This document shows, in pieces, positions 1 through 10,103 of a stretch of DNA of 64,000 bases. Source of the DNA: an uncultured delta proteobacterium. Its GTDB lineage: Bacteria; Desulfobacterota; Desulfuromonadia; Desulfuromonadales; JACZKF01. The stretch's first letter is position 1; every line of letters starts with the position of its first letter. The stretch is taken from contig CAWFKQ010000005.1 of NCBI GenBank assembly GCA_963816395.1, forward strand, positions 352,001 to 416,000, written 5' to 3'. A model generated the notes under the pieces. It searched no databases. It was not told the origin of the DNA and saw only the letters and a list, made by a program, of their open reading frames with translations. The position numbers were made by a program, and so were the translations under genes.

Positions 1-218
1 AGCCCCCCTTTTTCCCAGGCGGTCCAGGCGGCCGGATACAGCCAGCCCAGGAGGTCGCAGATCTCCAGCGACAGGGCCGCCGACAACCCGGCCAGCAGCG
101 CCCAGTGGGAGGGGCCCTTGCCCTTGGCGGTTGCCAGCAGGTAAAGGCAGTAAGCGGCAACGAGCAGAATGGCGATGGCGGAAACAGACGTTTGCAGCAT
201 TTCCCGGAAGCGGTCCAT
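1..218 (-). CDS. N-terminal part of a membrane sensor kinase, PrsK-like (PEP-CTERM system); runs off the window
   Basis: Manual translation MDRFREMLQTSVSAIAILLVAAYCLYLLATAKGKGPSHWALLAGLSAALSLEICDLLGWLYPAAWTAWEKGG has hydrophobic helices resembling Geobacter-type PrsK N-termini; alternative ATG at 200. Confidence 0.45.
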   Translation of the reverse strand, partial: MDRFREMLQTSVSAIAILLVAAYCLYLLATAKGKGPSHWALLAGLSAALSLEICDLLGWLYPAAWTAWEKGG

Positions 219-446
219 TTTGGCTGCAGCGGCAACCGCCGGAGCAGCACAGCGACGACAGACTTGTGATATCGGAGTTTAATTAATTAATATTTATATC
301 GCAGAACCCGGACTTTGGCAAATGAGAGCGGGCCGGCCCCTGGCGAGGCGGTTCCCTGGTCCCAGGACAGCACTGGCATCCTGGGCCGTTGCAGTTATGC
401 TTGCAGGAAAAGGACGGCCCGCCTCGGCGGGCAATGGAGGCACACA

Positions 447-1410
447 ATGAAAGCGATTCGGGTAGAGGAATTCGGTGGTCCGGAGGTGATGCGAATCCAG
501 GAGGTTCCCGACTTGCGGCCGGGCCACGGGGAGATGGTGGTGCGGGTAAGGGCGGCGGGGATCAACCCGGTGGACACCTATATCCGCGTCGGGGAGTTAT
601 GCCCGCAAGCCCCCCCTCCCCTACACCCCCGGGCAGGACGCGGCGGGAACCGTGGAGGAGGTCGGCGAAGGGGTCGGTCATCTGCGCAAAGGGGATCGGG
701 TCTACGTTGCGGGGAGCCTCAGCGGCACCTATGCCGAGCTGGTGCTCTGCCGGCAGGAGCAGGTGCACCCGCTGCCGGAGCGGGTTTCCTTCGCCCAGGG
801 GGCGGGAATCGGCACCCCCTACGGCACCGCCTGGTACGCCCTGTTTTTCCGGGCGCACGCCCTGCCGGGGGAATTCGTCCTGGTGCACGGAGCGAGCGGC
901 GGCGTGGGAACCGCTGGCGTGCAGATCGCCCGGGCCGCCGGCCTGCAGGTGATCGGCACCGCCGGCAGCGACCGCGGGAGGGAACTGGTCCTGGCCCAGG
1001 GCGCCTACCACGTCCTCGACCACCAGCAGCAGGGTTACCTGGAGGCCATTCCCCGCCTCACCTGCGGGCACGGCGCCGATGTGGTGCTGGAGATGCTGGC
1101 CAATGTCAATCTCGGGCGAGACCTGCAGATCCTCGCCCCCGGGGGGCGGGTGGTGGTGATCGGCAGCCGCGGCACCGTGGAAATCGATCCCCGCGAGGCG
1201 ATGGGGAGGAATGCCGCCATCCTCGGCATGGTGCTGTTCAACGCCACCGAAAGCGAGCAGCGCACCCTGCACGCCGCCCTCGTCGCCGGCCTGGAGAACG
1301 GCACCCTGAACCCGGTGGTCGGCCGGGAGCTGCCCCTGGCGGAAGCCGCCCGGGGGCATGAGCAAGTAATGGCGTCAGGGTCGTACGGCAAGATCATCCT
1401 GGTGCCGTAG
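447..1410 (+). CDS. qor: NADPH:quinone oxidoreductase (zeta-crystallin/MDR family), frameshift near 590
   Basis: MKAIRVEEFGGPEVM...AAGINPVDTY in one frame; VLVHGASGGVG and GKIILVP in another; GGAGG SD upstream. Confidence 0.85.
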
Positions 1411-1439
1411 ACAGGACGGCTCAGTGGGGGAGAAATCGG

Positions 1440-2345
1440 TCAGGCGATGGCGGCGCCCTGGACGGCCAGCCGGCCGGAGCGGCCGGGGATGGTCGCCATG
1501 ACGACCTCGTGCACCGGCAGCGCTTCATCGCGCAGGGTGCGGTGCAGGCCGGAGAGGGAGACCAGCTCGTCTCCCCTTTCCCGCCAGCCCTGCAGAAGTT
1601 CCTCGAAGAAGGGAAGATAGCGCATCCCCTCCAGTTCGGCATGCAGGGTGTAGACGTGGCCGTGCGGCGCCGGACGGCTGCTGAGCTGCAGCAGGTGAGC
1701 GGCCAGGCCGGCTTCCGTCAGGCCGCCGGTGCCGAGCAGTTCGTCCAGAGTGGGGAGGGTGGTGGGGAGTTGCGGGCAGGAGAAGACCGTCCCGCCCATG
1801 GCCGGCAGGAAGGGATGGCTGCCGCGGGTGTCGCTGCAGCAGGCAAGGCCCATGGCGTCCTGCAGGCGCAGCGCCGCGGCGCTGGTCTGCCATCCCGGAG
1901 CGCCGCAGGTGCGGGAGGGAGCGGCGAAGATCTCCCGGAAGCGGTCGGCGGCCAGGGTCAGTTCGCGCCGCGTCCACTCGTAGTCCCTGGCGGTCACCTG
2001 ATCCTGCCAGCGGACATGGTCCCAGCAGTGAATGCCGACCTCAAAGCCGGCATCCCGCACCTGCCGCATGATCCCGGCGCATTTGCGGCCGATGTCCGGA
2101 CCGGGCAGCAATGTGCCATAACAGAGGGTTTTCCAGCCGTAGTTGGCCCCGACGCTGGTCCGCGCCACCTTGCGCAGGAAACCGCGGCGGAAAATCCGGC
2201 GGATGGAGCGGCCGGTATGGTCGGGGCCGAGACTGAACAGGAAGGTGGCCTGGGCGCCGCAGCGCCGCAGCGCCGCCGCCAGCGCCGGCACCCCCTGGAG
2301 GGTGCCGCGGTAAGTGTCGACGTCGATTTTCAGAGCGATCTGCAT
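1440..2345 (-). CDS. arnD: ArnD-like L-Ara4FN-undecaprenyl phosphate deformylase (polysaccharide deacetylase family)
   Basis: ALKIDVDTYRGT, FLFSLGPD, GIHCWDHVRWQD, HVYTLHAELEG motifs; operon context. Confidence 0.88.
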   Translation of the reverse strand: MQIALKIDVDTYRGTLQGVPALAAALRRCGAQATFLFSLGPDHTGRSIRRIFRRGFLRKVARTSVGANYGWKTLCYGTLLPGPDIGRKCAGIMRQVRDAGFEVGIHCWDHVRWQDQVTARDYEWTRRELTLAADRFREIFAAPSRTCGAPGWQTSAAALRLQDAMGLACCSDTRGSHPFLPAMGGTVFSCPQLPTTLPTLDELLGTGGLTEAGLAAHLLQLSSRPAPHGHVYTLHAELEGMRYLPFFEELLQGWRERGDELVSLSGLHRTLRDEALPVHEVVMATIPGRSGRLAVQGAAIA

Positions 2346-2360
2346 AGAAACCAGTTAGAG

Positions 2361-2427
2361 CTTTCAGTTATCAGTTAGCAGTTTTCAGTTTTTTCAGCCT
2401 TCCACTGATAGCTGCTAACTGAAAACT
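2361..2427. repeat. Inverted heptamer tandem repeat (TTNNCAG units facing CTGNNAA units)
   Basis: ctttcag-ttatcag-ttagcag-ttttcag ... ctgatag-ctgctaa-ctgaaaa. Confidence 0.8.
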
Positions 2428-2432
2428 TGTTG

Positions 2433-3473
2433 TCAGATCAGCCCGCGGGCTTCCGCCACCTGTCCCCGGTAGAAATCGAAGATCAGATGCAGCGCCTGGC
2501 GCATGTCCACCTGCGGCTGCCAGCCGAGCTCGGCGCAGGTGTTGTCGATTTTCGGCACCCGGGTCTGCACGTCCTGGTAACCTTCGCCGTAGTATTCCTG
2601 CGACAGCACCTCCACCAGCCGCACCTTTTCCGCCGATTCCCGGTACTCTTCGATGCTGCGCCCCAGGTCCAGCATCATCGTCGCCAGCTCGCGCACGGAA
2701 AAGTCGTTGACCGGATTGCCGATGTTGTAGATCTTGCCGCTGGCCACCCCGTCCGGGTTCTCGATGATGCGCAGCAAGGCGTCGATGCCGTCGCTGACAT
2801 AGGTGAACGCCCGCTTCTGGCGGCCGCCGTCGACCAGGCTGATGTTTTCCCCGCGCACGATATGGCCGAGGAACTGGGTCAGTACCCGGGAGCTCCCTTC
2901 CTTGGGGGTGTGGATGCTGTCCAGGCCCGGGCCGATCCAGTTGAAGGGGCGGAAGAGGGTGAAATCGAGCCGCCCTTCCATGCCGTACCCCCAGATGACC
3001 CGGTCCATGAGCTGCTTGGCGCAGGAGTAAATCCAGCGCGGCTTGTTGATCGGTCCGAGCACCAGCTCCGACTGGTAGGGATCGAAGGATTCGTCCCGGC
3101 ACATCCCGTAGACCTCGGAGGTGGAGGGGAAAACGATGCGTTTGCCGTACTGCACGCACTGGCGGACGATCGGCAGGTTGGCCTCGAAATCGAGCGAGAA
3201 GACCCGCAGCGGATCCTTCACATAGGTGGCCGGGGTGGCAATGGCCACCAGGGGCAGGACCACGTCGCACTTGCAGACATGGTATTCGACCCATTCCCGG
3301 TTGATCGTGATGTCCCCTTCGAAGAAATGGAAACGCGGATGCGCAAGCAGGTCGGCCACCCGCTCCTGGTTCATGTCCATGCCGTAGACGTGCCAGTCGG
3401 TGTCATCGATGATGCGCTGGCTGAGGTGATGGCCGATGAAACCGTTGACGCCCAGGATCAATACCTTCTTCAT
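2433..3473 (-). CDS. arnA: UDP-glucuronate oxidase/decarboxylase (stand-alone ArnA C-terminal domain, ArnA2)
   Basis: LILGVNGFIGHHL, VLPLVAIATP, PSTSEVYG, RWIYSCAKQLMDRVI, FRPFNWIGP. Confidence 0.92.
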   Translation of the reverse strand: MKKVLILGVNGFIGHHLSQRIIDDTDWHVYGMDMNQERVADLLAHPRFHFFEGDITINREWVEYHVCKCDVVLPLVAIATPATYVKDPLRVFSLDFEANLPIVRQCVQYGKRIVFPSTSEVYGMCRDESFDPYQSELVLGPINKPRWIYSCAKQLMDRVIWGYGMEGRLDFTLFRPFNWIGPGLDSIHTPKEGSSRVLTQFLGHIVRGENISLVDGGRQKRAFTYVSDGIDALLRIIENPDGVASGKIYNIGNPVNDFSVRELATMMLDLGRSIEEYRESAEKVRLVEVLSQEYYGEGYQDVQTRVPKIDNTCAELGWQPQVDMRQALHLIFDFYRGQVAEARGLI

Positions 3474-4403
3474 GCTTCTGCTCCAGGTTGTAATAAATGC
3501 CCGCCGAACAGGGTGGACAGCTCACCGGCCGGCAAGGCCGGAGCGAATTCATGGGCCAGGATCTCCAGTCGACGGCCGTCCCGGCAGTCGGCATAGAGCC
3601 TGTTGCCCTCCAGGTAAAGGCAGGGGGCGGCAGTCGGATGACGGGCGGCTTCGCTGTCGATCCGGCTGCGCAGTATCCGCAGGGTCCTGCCGGCCAGGGT
3701 GGTGAAGGCGCCGGGATATGGCGGGGCCACCGCCCGGATCAGGTTGTGGATCCGTTCGGCGGAGAGCTGCCAGTCGATGCGCCCGTCCGCCGGCCGCCGG
3801 CCGCCGAAATAGCTCCCCTGCCGCAGGTCGAGAGGGATGCGGGGCGCCTGCCCGGCAACCAGCAGCGGCAGGGAGCGGTGCAGGACCAGCTCGGCCGCCC
3901 AGGTGACCTTGTGGAACACCTCCAGGGCGGTATCGTCGCCCAGGATCGGCACCGCCTGCTGATCGACCAGGGGACCGGCGTCCGGCTTCAGCTCCATGTA
4001 GTGCAGGCTCGCACCGGTCTCCCGCTCGCCGTTGATGATGGCCCAGTTGACCGGGACCCGGCCGCGGTAGCGCGGGAAGGAGCGAGCCGTGCATGTTGAG
4101 GGCACCGCGGCGGGGGATGGACAGCAGCCCCTCCTTGAGCATCTTGCGGTAATAGAAGGAGAAGATGAAATCGGGCTGCAGCTCGCGCACCCTGGCGATC
4201 ACTTCAGGGGTATTGGGGTCCTCCGGGGTGATCACCGGGATGTCGTGCCGCTGCGCCAGTTCGGCGACGCTGGCGAACCAGAGGGTCTCGCCCGGGTCAT
4301 CCCGGTGGGTGACCAGCAGGGAAACTTCCATCCCCCCATCGAGCAGGACCGACAGGCAGCGGTAGCCGACGTTGTGATAGGCGAAGACCACGCACCGGTT
4401 CAC
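3470..4403 (-). CDS. UDP-L-Ara4N formyltransferase (stand-alone ArnA N-terminal domain, ArnA1), frameshift near 4085
   Basis: VVFAYHNVG, DFIFSFYYR, NMHGSLLP in one frame; YRGRVPVNWAIINGERETG in the next. Confidence 0.88.
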
Positions 4404-5398
4404 TTCCCGGCCTCCTGCAGCGGCTGACACACGGGCGATTCCTCCTCGAGAATGCCGCTGATCAGGTAGCGGGGACGCTCCCGGACCTGCTGGTAGATGC
4501 GCCCGACGTATTCCCCCAGCAGGCCGATGCCGAAAAGCAGGATGCCGATGAGGAAAAAGGTGATGGCGAAGAGGGTGAAGACCCCCTCCACTTCCGGGCC
4601 GATGATCAGCCGCCGCAGCACGAGGTAGATCACCAGGATGCCGGAGAGAAGGGAAATGGCCATGCCGGCGAGGGAAAACATCTGCAGCGGCACCACCGAG
4701 AAGGCGGTCATCAGGTCGAAGTTGAGGCGGATCAGCTTGTAGAGGGAATATTTCGACTCCCCCGCCTCGCGCTCGGCATGCTCGACGACGATTTCCGTCG
4801 GCCTGGCCGCATAGAGATAGGCCAGGGCCGGGATGTAGGTATTGAGCTCGCGGGTAGCGTTGATGGCGTCGATCACGGCACGGCCATAGGCGCGCAGCAT
4901 GCAGCCCTGGTCGGTCATCCGGATGCGGGTGATGCGCTGGCGCACCTTATTCATCAGGCGGGAGGCGGCCTTGCGCCAGAAGATGTCCCGGCGCTTGTTG
5001 CGAATCGTACCCACGTAATCGAACCCCTCGTCCATCTTCGCCAGCAGCTTGCCGATTTCCTCCGGCGGGTTCTGCAGGTCGGCATCCAGGGTCACGATCC
5101 GCCGGCCGCGGCAATGCTTGAAGCCGGCCAGGATGGCGGCATGCTGGCCGAAATTGCCGCTGAACAGGATCACCCGGGTCTCGGCCGGCCGCTTCTCGTA
5201 CTGCTCCCGCAGCAGGGCGGCCGAGCGGTCGGCACTGCCGTCCTCGACGAACAGGCATTCGTAGGAGCGCCCGGTGGCATCGAGGGCCCGGTAGAGGCGA
5301 TCGAACAGGGCGGGGAGCACCGCCTCTTCGTTGTAGACCGGGATCACCACCGAAATTTCCGGTAGCGGTTCCCCCTTGATTTTACTTTTGGTTGCCAT
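4400..5398 (-). CDS. arnC: Undecaprenyl-phosphate L-Ara4FN transferase (GT2)
   Basis: SVVIPVYNEE, NFGQHAAILAGF, TLDADLQNPPEEI, DQGCMLRAY, two C-terminal TM helices. Confidence 0.9.
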   Translation of the reverse strand: MATKSKIKGEPLPEISVVIPVYNEEAVLPALFDRLYRALDATGRSYECLFVEDGSADRSAALLREQYEKRPAETRVILFSGNFGQHAAILAGFKHCRGRRIVTLDADLQNPPEEIGKLLAKMDEGFDYVGTIRNKRRDIFWRKAASRLMNKVRQRITRIRMTDQGCMLRAYGRAVIDAINATRELNTYIPALAYLYAARPTEIVVEHAEREAGESKYSLYKLIRLNFDLMTAFSVVPLQMFSLAGMAISLLSGILVIYLVLRRLIIGPEVEGVFTLFAITFFLIGILLFGIGLLGEYVGRIYQQVRERPRYLISGILEEESPVCQPLQEAGK

Positions 5399-5413
5399 AT
5401 GGGCGTCAATCCT

Positions 5414-5484
5414 GTAGGGGCGCCGCTTGCTGCGCCCGATTTGCCGGGGATAATCCACCAGGGCGCAGCAAGCGGCGCCCCAAC
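5414..5484. repeat. GTAG-type REP doublet (REPIN-like inverted repeat)
   Basis: GTAGGGGCGCCGCTTGCTGCGCCC (5414-5437) and near-perfect reverse complement GGGCGCAGCAAGCGGCGCCCCAAC (5461-5484). Confidence 0.8.
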
Positions 5485-5509
5485 GTGGTATGTCGAAGGC
5501 TCATGCACC

Positions 5510-6636
5510 TCAGCCCCCGGACAGCACCTCGCGCAGGGCGCGGCAGACCCTGTCCACATCCGCCGTCTCCATGCCCGGGAAGAGCGGCAGGGTGACCGTC
5601 TCCCGGCCGATGCGCTCGGCGTTGGGGAACTGCCCTCCCCGGTACCCCATGGCGCGGTACAGGCTGAACAGGTGCAGGGCCGGGTAATGGATGCCGATGC
5701 CGATCCCCCGCTCCTTCATCGCCTGCTGAAAGGCGGTCCGGCTGAGGCCGAGCCGCTCGAAGGGAAGCAGCAGGGTGAACATGTGCCAGCTGTGCCCGGC
5801 ATCGCCCGGCGCCGGCAGTACCCCCGGCGGCTCCTCCCGGAAGGTTTTCCAGGTAGCGGGCCGCCAACAGGCGGCGTTTGGCGTTGAACTCCTCCAGCCG
5901 TTTCAGCTGTCCCAGCCCGACGCGGGCGGCGACGTCGGAGAGGTTCATCTTGCCGCCGGCGACGGTGACGTCCATTTCTCCCGCCGAGTCGCGGGAGATG
6001 CCATGGAAGCGCAGTTTGTCCAGGCGGGCGAGGAGCGCCGGATCGCCGACCGAGAGCGCTCCCCCCTCGATGGTGGTCATGTTCTTGTTGGGATGGAAGC
6101 TGAAGCCGACCAGGTCGCCGAAGGCGCCGATCCGCCGCTCCCCGCCAGGCGCTGCCGATGGCGTGGGCGGCGTCTTCGATGACCCGCAGACCGCGGCGCT
6201 CGGCCAGTCGGTAGAGCGCGTCCATGTTGACCGGCAGGCCCGAGAAATGCACCGGCATGATCGCCCGGGTGCGCGGGGAGAGGGCCGCTTCGACCTGCTC
6301 CAGGTCGAGGTTGCGGGAGGCGAGCTCGACATCGACGAAGACCGGCCGGGCGCCGGCGCGCACGACCACGTTGGCGGTGGCGGCGAAGGTCATCGCCGGC
6401 ACGATCACCTCGTCCCCGGGCCCGATGTCGCACAGGGCCAGGGCCACTTCCAGCGCCGCGGTACCGGAGCTGAAGGCCCGCACCGTCCGCCCGCCGCCCA
6501 GGTAATCGGCCAGGGCCGCCTCGAAAGCGCTCACCTGCGGGCCGGTGGCGAGCCAGCCGGATTGGAGCACTTCCACCACCCCCTCGATCGTCTCCTGATC
6601 GAGGGTGGGCCGGGTAAAGGGGAGAAACTCGGTCAT
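5510..6636 (-). CDS. arnB: UDP-4-keto-arabinose aminotransferase (DegT/DnrJ family), frameshifts near 6140 and 5825
   Basis: FLPFTRP, SGWLATGP, VIEDAAHAIG; then FSFHPNKNMTTIEGG; then GIHYPALH, TLPLFP across three frames. Confidence 0.88.
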
Positions 6637-6731
6637 TGCTCTTCTTTCTTCAAAATGCCGATGCCCTGATAAAAGAAAGGGGAAACCCAGTCAGGCTGAG
6701 CAAAAATGCCCAGATGCAAGGCCGCCTGAGA

Positions 6732-7200
6732 TTATCCTTCGGCATAAGGGGAGGCCGAGGGTACGTCGTTGGCGAAGGATACAAGCCGCCCAACGCCGCA
6801 GAAGGGGGTTATTAATCGGCCGCCTGAGCAGCTGCGGGCGACGATATAGACGCCGACAATAATCACCCCGATCCCCAGCAGGCGGAAGGGTGTCACCGCC
6901 TCGCCGAAAAGGACGTAGGCAGCGGCGGCGTTCACCACATAGCCGATGGACAGCATCGGGTAGGCGATGCTGACTTCGACCCGGGACAGGGCGAGAATCC
7001 AGATGACGACGCTGATGACATAGCAGCCCAGGCCGCCGAAAATATGCGGTTCGAAGGCCAGTCGCCAGCCGGCGGCAACCAGGCTTTCCCACTTCAGCTG
7101 GATGGCGCCGAGGCTGCGCACACCCGGCCTTCAGCAACAGCTGGGCGGCGGCGTTCAGCAGGACGCCGATCAGGATCAGAATGAAACTGGTCGGATTCAT
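6732..7200 (-). CDS. SMR/EamA-type undecaprenyl-P-L-Ara4N flippase subunit (ArnE/F/G-like), frameshift near 7122; 3' end uncertain
   Basis: GVLLNAAAQLLLKAG then WILALSRVEVSIAYPMLSIGYV. Confidence 0.8.
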
Positions 7201-8849
7201 GGTTTGGTCACCACCACTCGCCGCGGGTCGCGGGCGATCTCGCGCATGGGGATGTCCTGCCGGCGCAGCGCGGTAAAAGGGCGGGCGACATCACCGCCAG
7301 GGCCTTCGGCTCCGCCAGCCAGCGGGCCACGAAGCCGGGAACATCCGGAACCCACTTCTGCGGTTCCCGGGAAATCCCGAAATCCAGCTCCCCCCGGCTC
7401 TTGACCAGGGTCAGCGTGCGGTTCAGATAGAAGGGAAGAGTCTGATCATAGCGGCCGACACAGTAAAAAGGGATGTCCGAGGTATTGTAGGGAGCAACCT
7501 GGTGGGCGAGAGCATGCGCGGAATAGGAAGGGGTCAAGGCCTGCGCCCCGGTGAGCCAGAGGTGCACGGCGAAAAACCAGCTCAAGGCCAAGGTCCCGAT
7601 AACCCTTTCGAATCTCGCCTGCCGAAGCCACCGCCAGGCCGCCAGGGTTCCCAGCAGAATCAGCCCTAAACCTGCCGTCAACCATGGGGTGAGGGCGGCA
7701 TAGAGTTCCGCCGGGGCACTGGGCCGGCCGAAACGTTCGAGGCCGAACGTCAGCACGAACAGCAAACCGCCGAGGGCGAAAAGGCCGGAGAGCAGGGTGT
7801 TCCAGCGCAGTTGCGACCGGGCCGGGCTGGCCAGCCGCAGGCCGATAAGCAGCGCCAGCGCCGGGAATACCGGCTCGATGTAAGGAGGCAGCTTGGAATC
7901 GGAGAGGGAAAAGAAGACCAGGATGGCCCCCCCCCAGGACCAGAGGAAACGCTGCGCATCGAAACCTTCCGCGCGGTTCCTGCCGGCGCCATCCCTCGGT
8001 CAGCACCGCCAGCTGCTGCGGCATCCAGGGAAGACTGCCGACGATCAGGATCGGCAGAAAAAACCACCAGGGTTCATAGCGATGATGCACCTTGGTGAGA
8101 AATCGCTCGAAGTGTTCATGGATGAAAAAGAAATGGAAGAAATCGGGGTTCTTCAGAGAGACCAGGATGAACCAGGGCGCCCCCAGCAGCAGGAAGACGG
8201 TCAGCCCGGAACCAAAATGCAGACGTCGCCAGAGTTTCCAGTCCCGCTGCAGCAGGGTATAGAGCACCACGGCGCCGGCAGGCAGGACGAGCCCGATCAG
8301 CCCCTTGCTGAGCACCGCCAGGGCCGCGCTGCCCCAGGCCATGAGCATCCAGGACCGGCTTTTCCCGCCCTCGGCGGCGGCCTGCTGCGCCAGCAGAATA
8401 CCGACCATGCTTGCGGTCAGGAAAAAAGTCAGCCCGGTATCGAGGGTATTGAAGCGGCCGAAGGAGGCGAAGTAGATCGTGCTGGCGAGCGCGACGGCGG
8501 CATAGAGGCCGGTGCGGCGGTCGAAAAGGCGGCGCCCGGCCAACCAGACCAGCAGGACGGTGCCGAAGCCGGTCAGGTACGACCACAACCGGGCCGTCCA
8601 GTTATGCAGGCCGAAGGCGCTGTAAGCGGTTGCCGTTGCCCAGTATTGCAGCGCCGGCTTTTCAAAATACTTGAAGTCGTCCAGGCGGGGGGTCAGCCAG
8701 TCTCCGCTTGCCACCATTTCCCTGGGGATCTCGGCATAGCGGCCTTCGTCCGGATGGAACAGGTCGCGGTACTGGATATTACTGAACCACACTACCGCCA
8801 GGAGGAGAATAATCAGAGCGTGGTTGCGGATCTTCGAGGATTCATTCAC
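7197..8849 (-). CDS. arnT: L-Ara4N transferase (GT83/ArnT), frameshifts near 7970 and 7270
   Basis: PDEGRYAEIPREM, YFEKPALQYW, LSKGLIG, SDSKLPPYI; corrected C-terminus ends in ATGA overlap with the flippase. Confidence 0.9.
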
Positions 8850-9038
8850 AGCGGGTATGCCGGTTGGTTCGGAGAGCGTCAGCAGGCCTTGCGGCGACCA
8901 GGGGATCTCGGGTTTCCCTATAGAGTACTTGCTTCAACGACCCGCCGAGTCTACACCTGAGCCCCAGGAATGGAAAGAGAAAAGATCGACCACCGGGGCC
9001 GGGGCTGCCGCCGCTTCCGGCCAGGGGCGGTGGTTTAT

Positions 9039-9293
9039 CTAGAACAGGATGACCCCGATCAGCCCGAGAACGGCCACCCCGATGGCCCCCACCGCCAGAA
9101 CAATGGCGGCGATGCTCAGCAGGCCACCGCCGATGCGCGGTGAAGCGGCCATGACCAAGCCGATGATGCCGAGGGGGATGGCCACCAGCGCCGCAATCAA
9201 TCCGTAGACCGGGTGAGCGGTAAAGGTGAGGAAATAACTGGCGATGGCGGCGATGATGGAAACCGTTGCGCTGGTACCGGCTTTCTGTTCCAT
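9039..9293 (-). CDS. Small hydrophobic membrane protein (84 aa)
   Basis: Three hydrophobic segments, ATT/ATG start region with plausible coding frame. Confidence 0.6.
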   Translation of the reverse strand: MEQKAGTSATVSIIAAIASYFLTFTAHPVYGLIAALVAIPLGIIGLVMAASPRIGGGLLSIAAIVLAVGAIGVAVLGLIGVILF

Positions 9294-9484
9294 TAATTTT
9301 TCCCCGGGTGGAGGCGGCCGGCGACCTGCGGCCGCGAATTATCTCCAGTTTATCACTGTTGAAGAGCAAGAAAACCATCTCCGGGCCGCTTTGCTCCAAC
9401 AGAGAAATTTTCTGCTTGCGAGTTTAGACATTCGGGAGAAAGGTTTTATTCTTTCAGGAGGGTCAAGCAACTTATGGAGAGAAA

Positions 9485-9979
9485 ATGACGAACCAGGAAC
9501 CTGCCTACATTTCCCGGGTACGCATCGAACGCCTGAAGGGGCCGATCCGCCTGGCCTATCTGCCAGCAGAAAAAGAACCGGTGGTCTTCGGCATGCACGG
9601 ACCGGTGGCGGAGCACTACGGCCGCAGGGCGGAGGAAGTAAGAGAGCCGCACGCCACTACCCTCGACTACGTGGTGGCGGCGACCGGCGGCTGAATGGTC
9701 GGCACTTTTGCCGGCGCGCTGGAAGCGCGTCAGATCCCCGCCGGCGGGGGGCGTCTAACCGCCGAAGTCCGCGGTGAAATCGAACTCGAAGACAATGTTC
9801 TGGTCATCCGCCGCATCCATATCGTCTATCACCTCACGGCCACTCCCGGCCAGCAGGAAACCATCGACCGGGTCCAACGGATCCACCATCAGGGGTGCCC
9901 GGTCTACCGTTCGCTGCACAAGGGAATCGAGATCACCTCCGAAGTGCAAATCAAGGAGGAGCAGGCGACTACCGGTTGA
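9485..9979 (+). CDS. OsmC/Ohr-family protein with in-frame TGA (9692-9694), candidate selenoprotein
   Basis: ORFs 9485-9694 and 9695-9979 share one frame; DYVVAATGG*MVGTF places TGA at the first catalytic Cys position; second Cys motif CPVYRSL present. Confidence 0.8.
9713..9731 (+). promoter_or_regulatory. Candidate bacterial SECIS hairpin
   Basis: GGCGCGCT-GGA-AGCGCGTC: 8-bp stem with a G-first apical loop 26 nt after the TGA. Confidence 0.6.
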
Positions 9980-10103
9980 AATTTCCGCTTCGGGCCGCGG
10001 CCCGGAGATAAGCTCGCGATTGGGAACCGCTCAGGATCCGGGATATCGGGGTGCGGAGTGGAGGATGCGGGCTCGGGGGCGGAACGCTCCGGTTCACATC
10101 CCT

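Noticed and set aside
278..298. AT-rich palindrome TTAATTAATTAA upstream of the PrsK-like gene
   Set aside because: Possible regulator or nucleoid-protein site but too low in complexity to assign
6691..7200. Two separate flippase genes (ArnE and ArnF)
   Set aside because: The two ORFs join into one SMR-sized protein across a single frameshift
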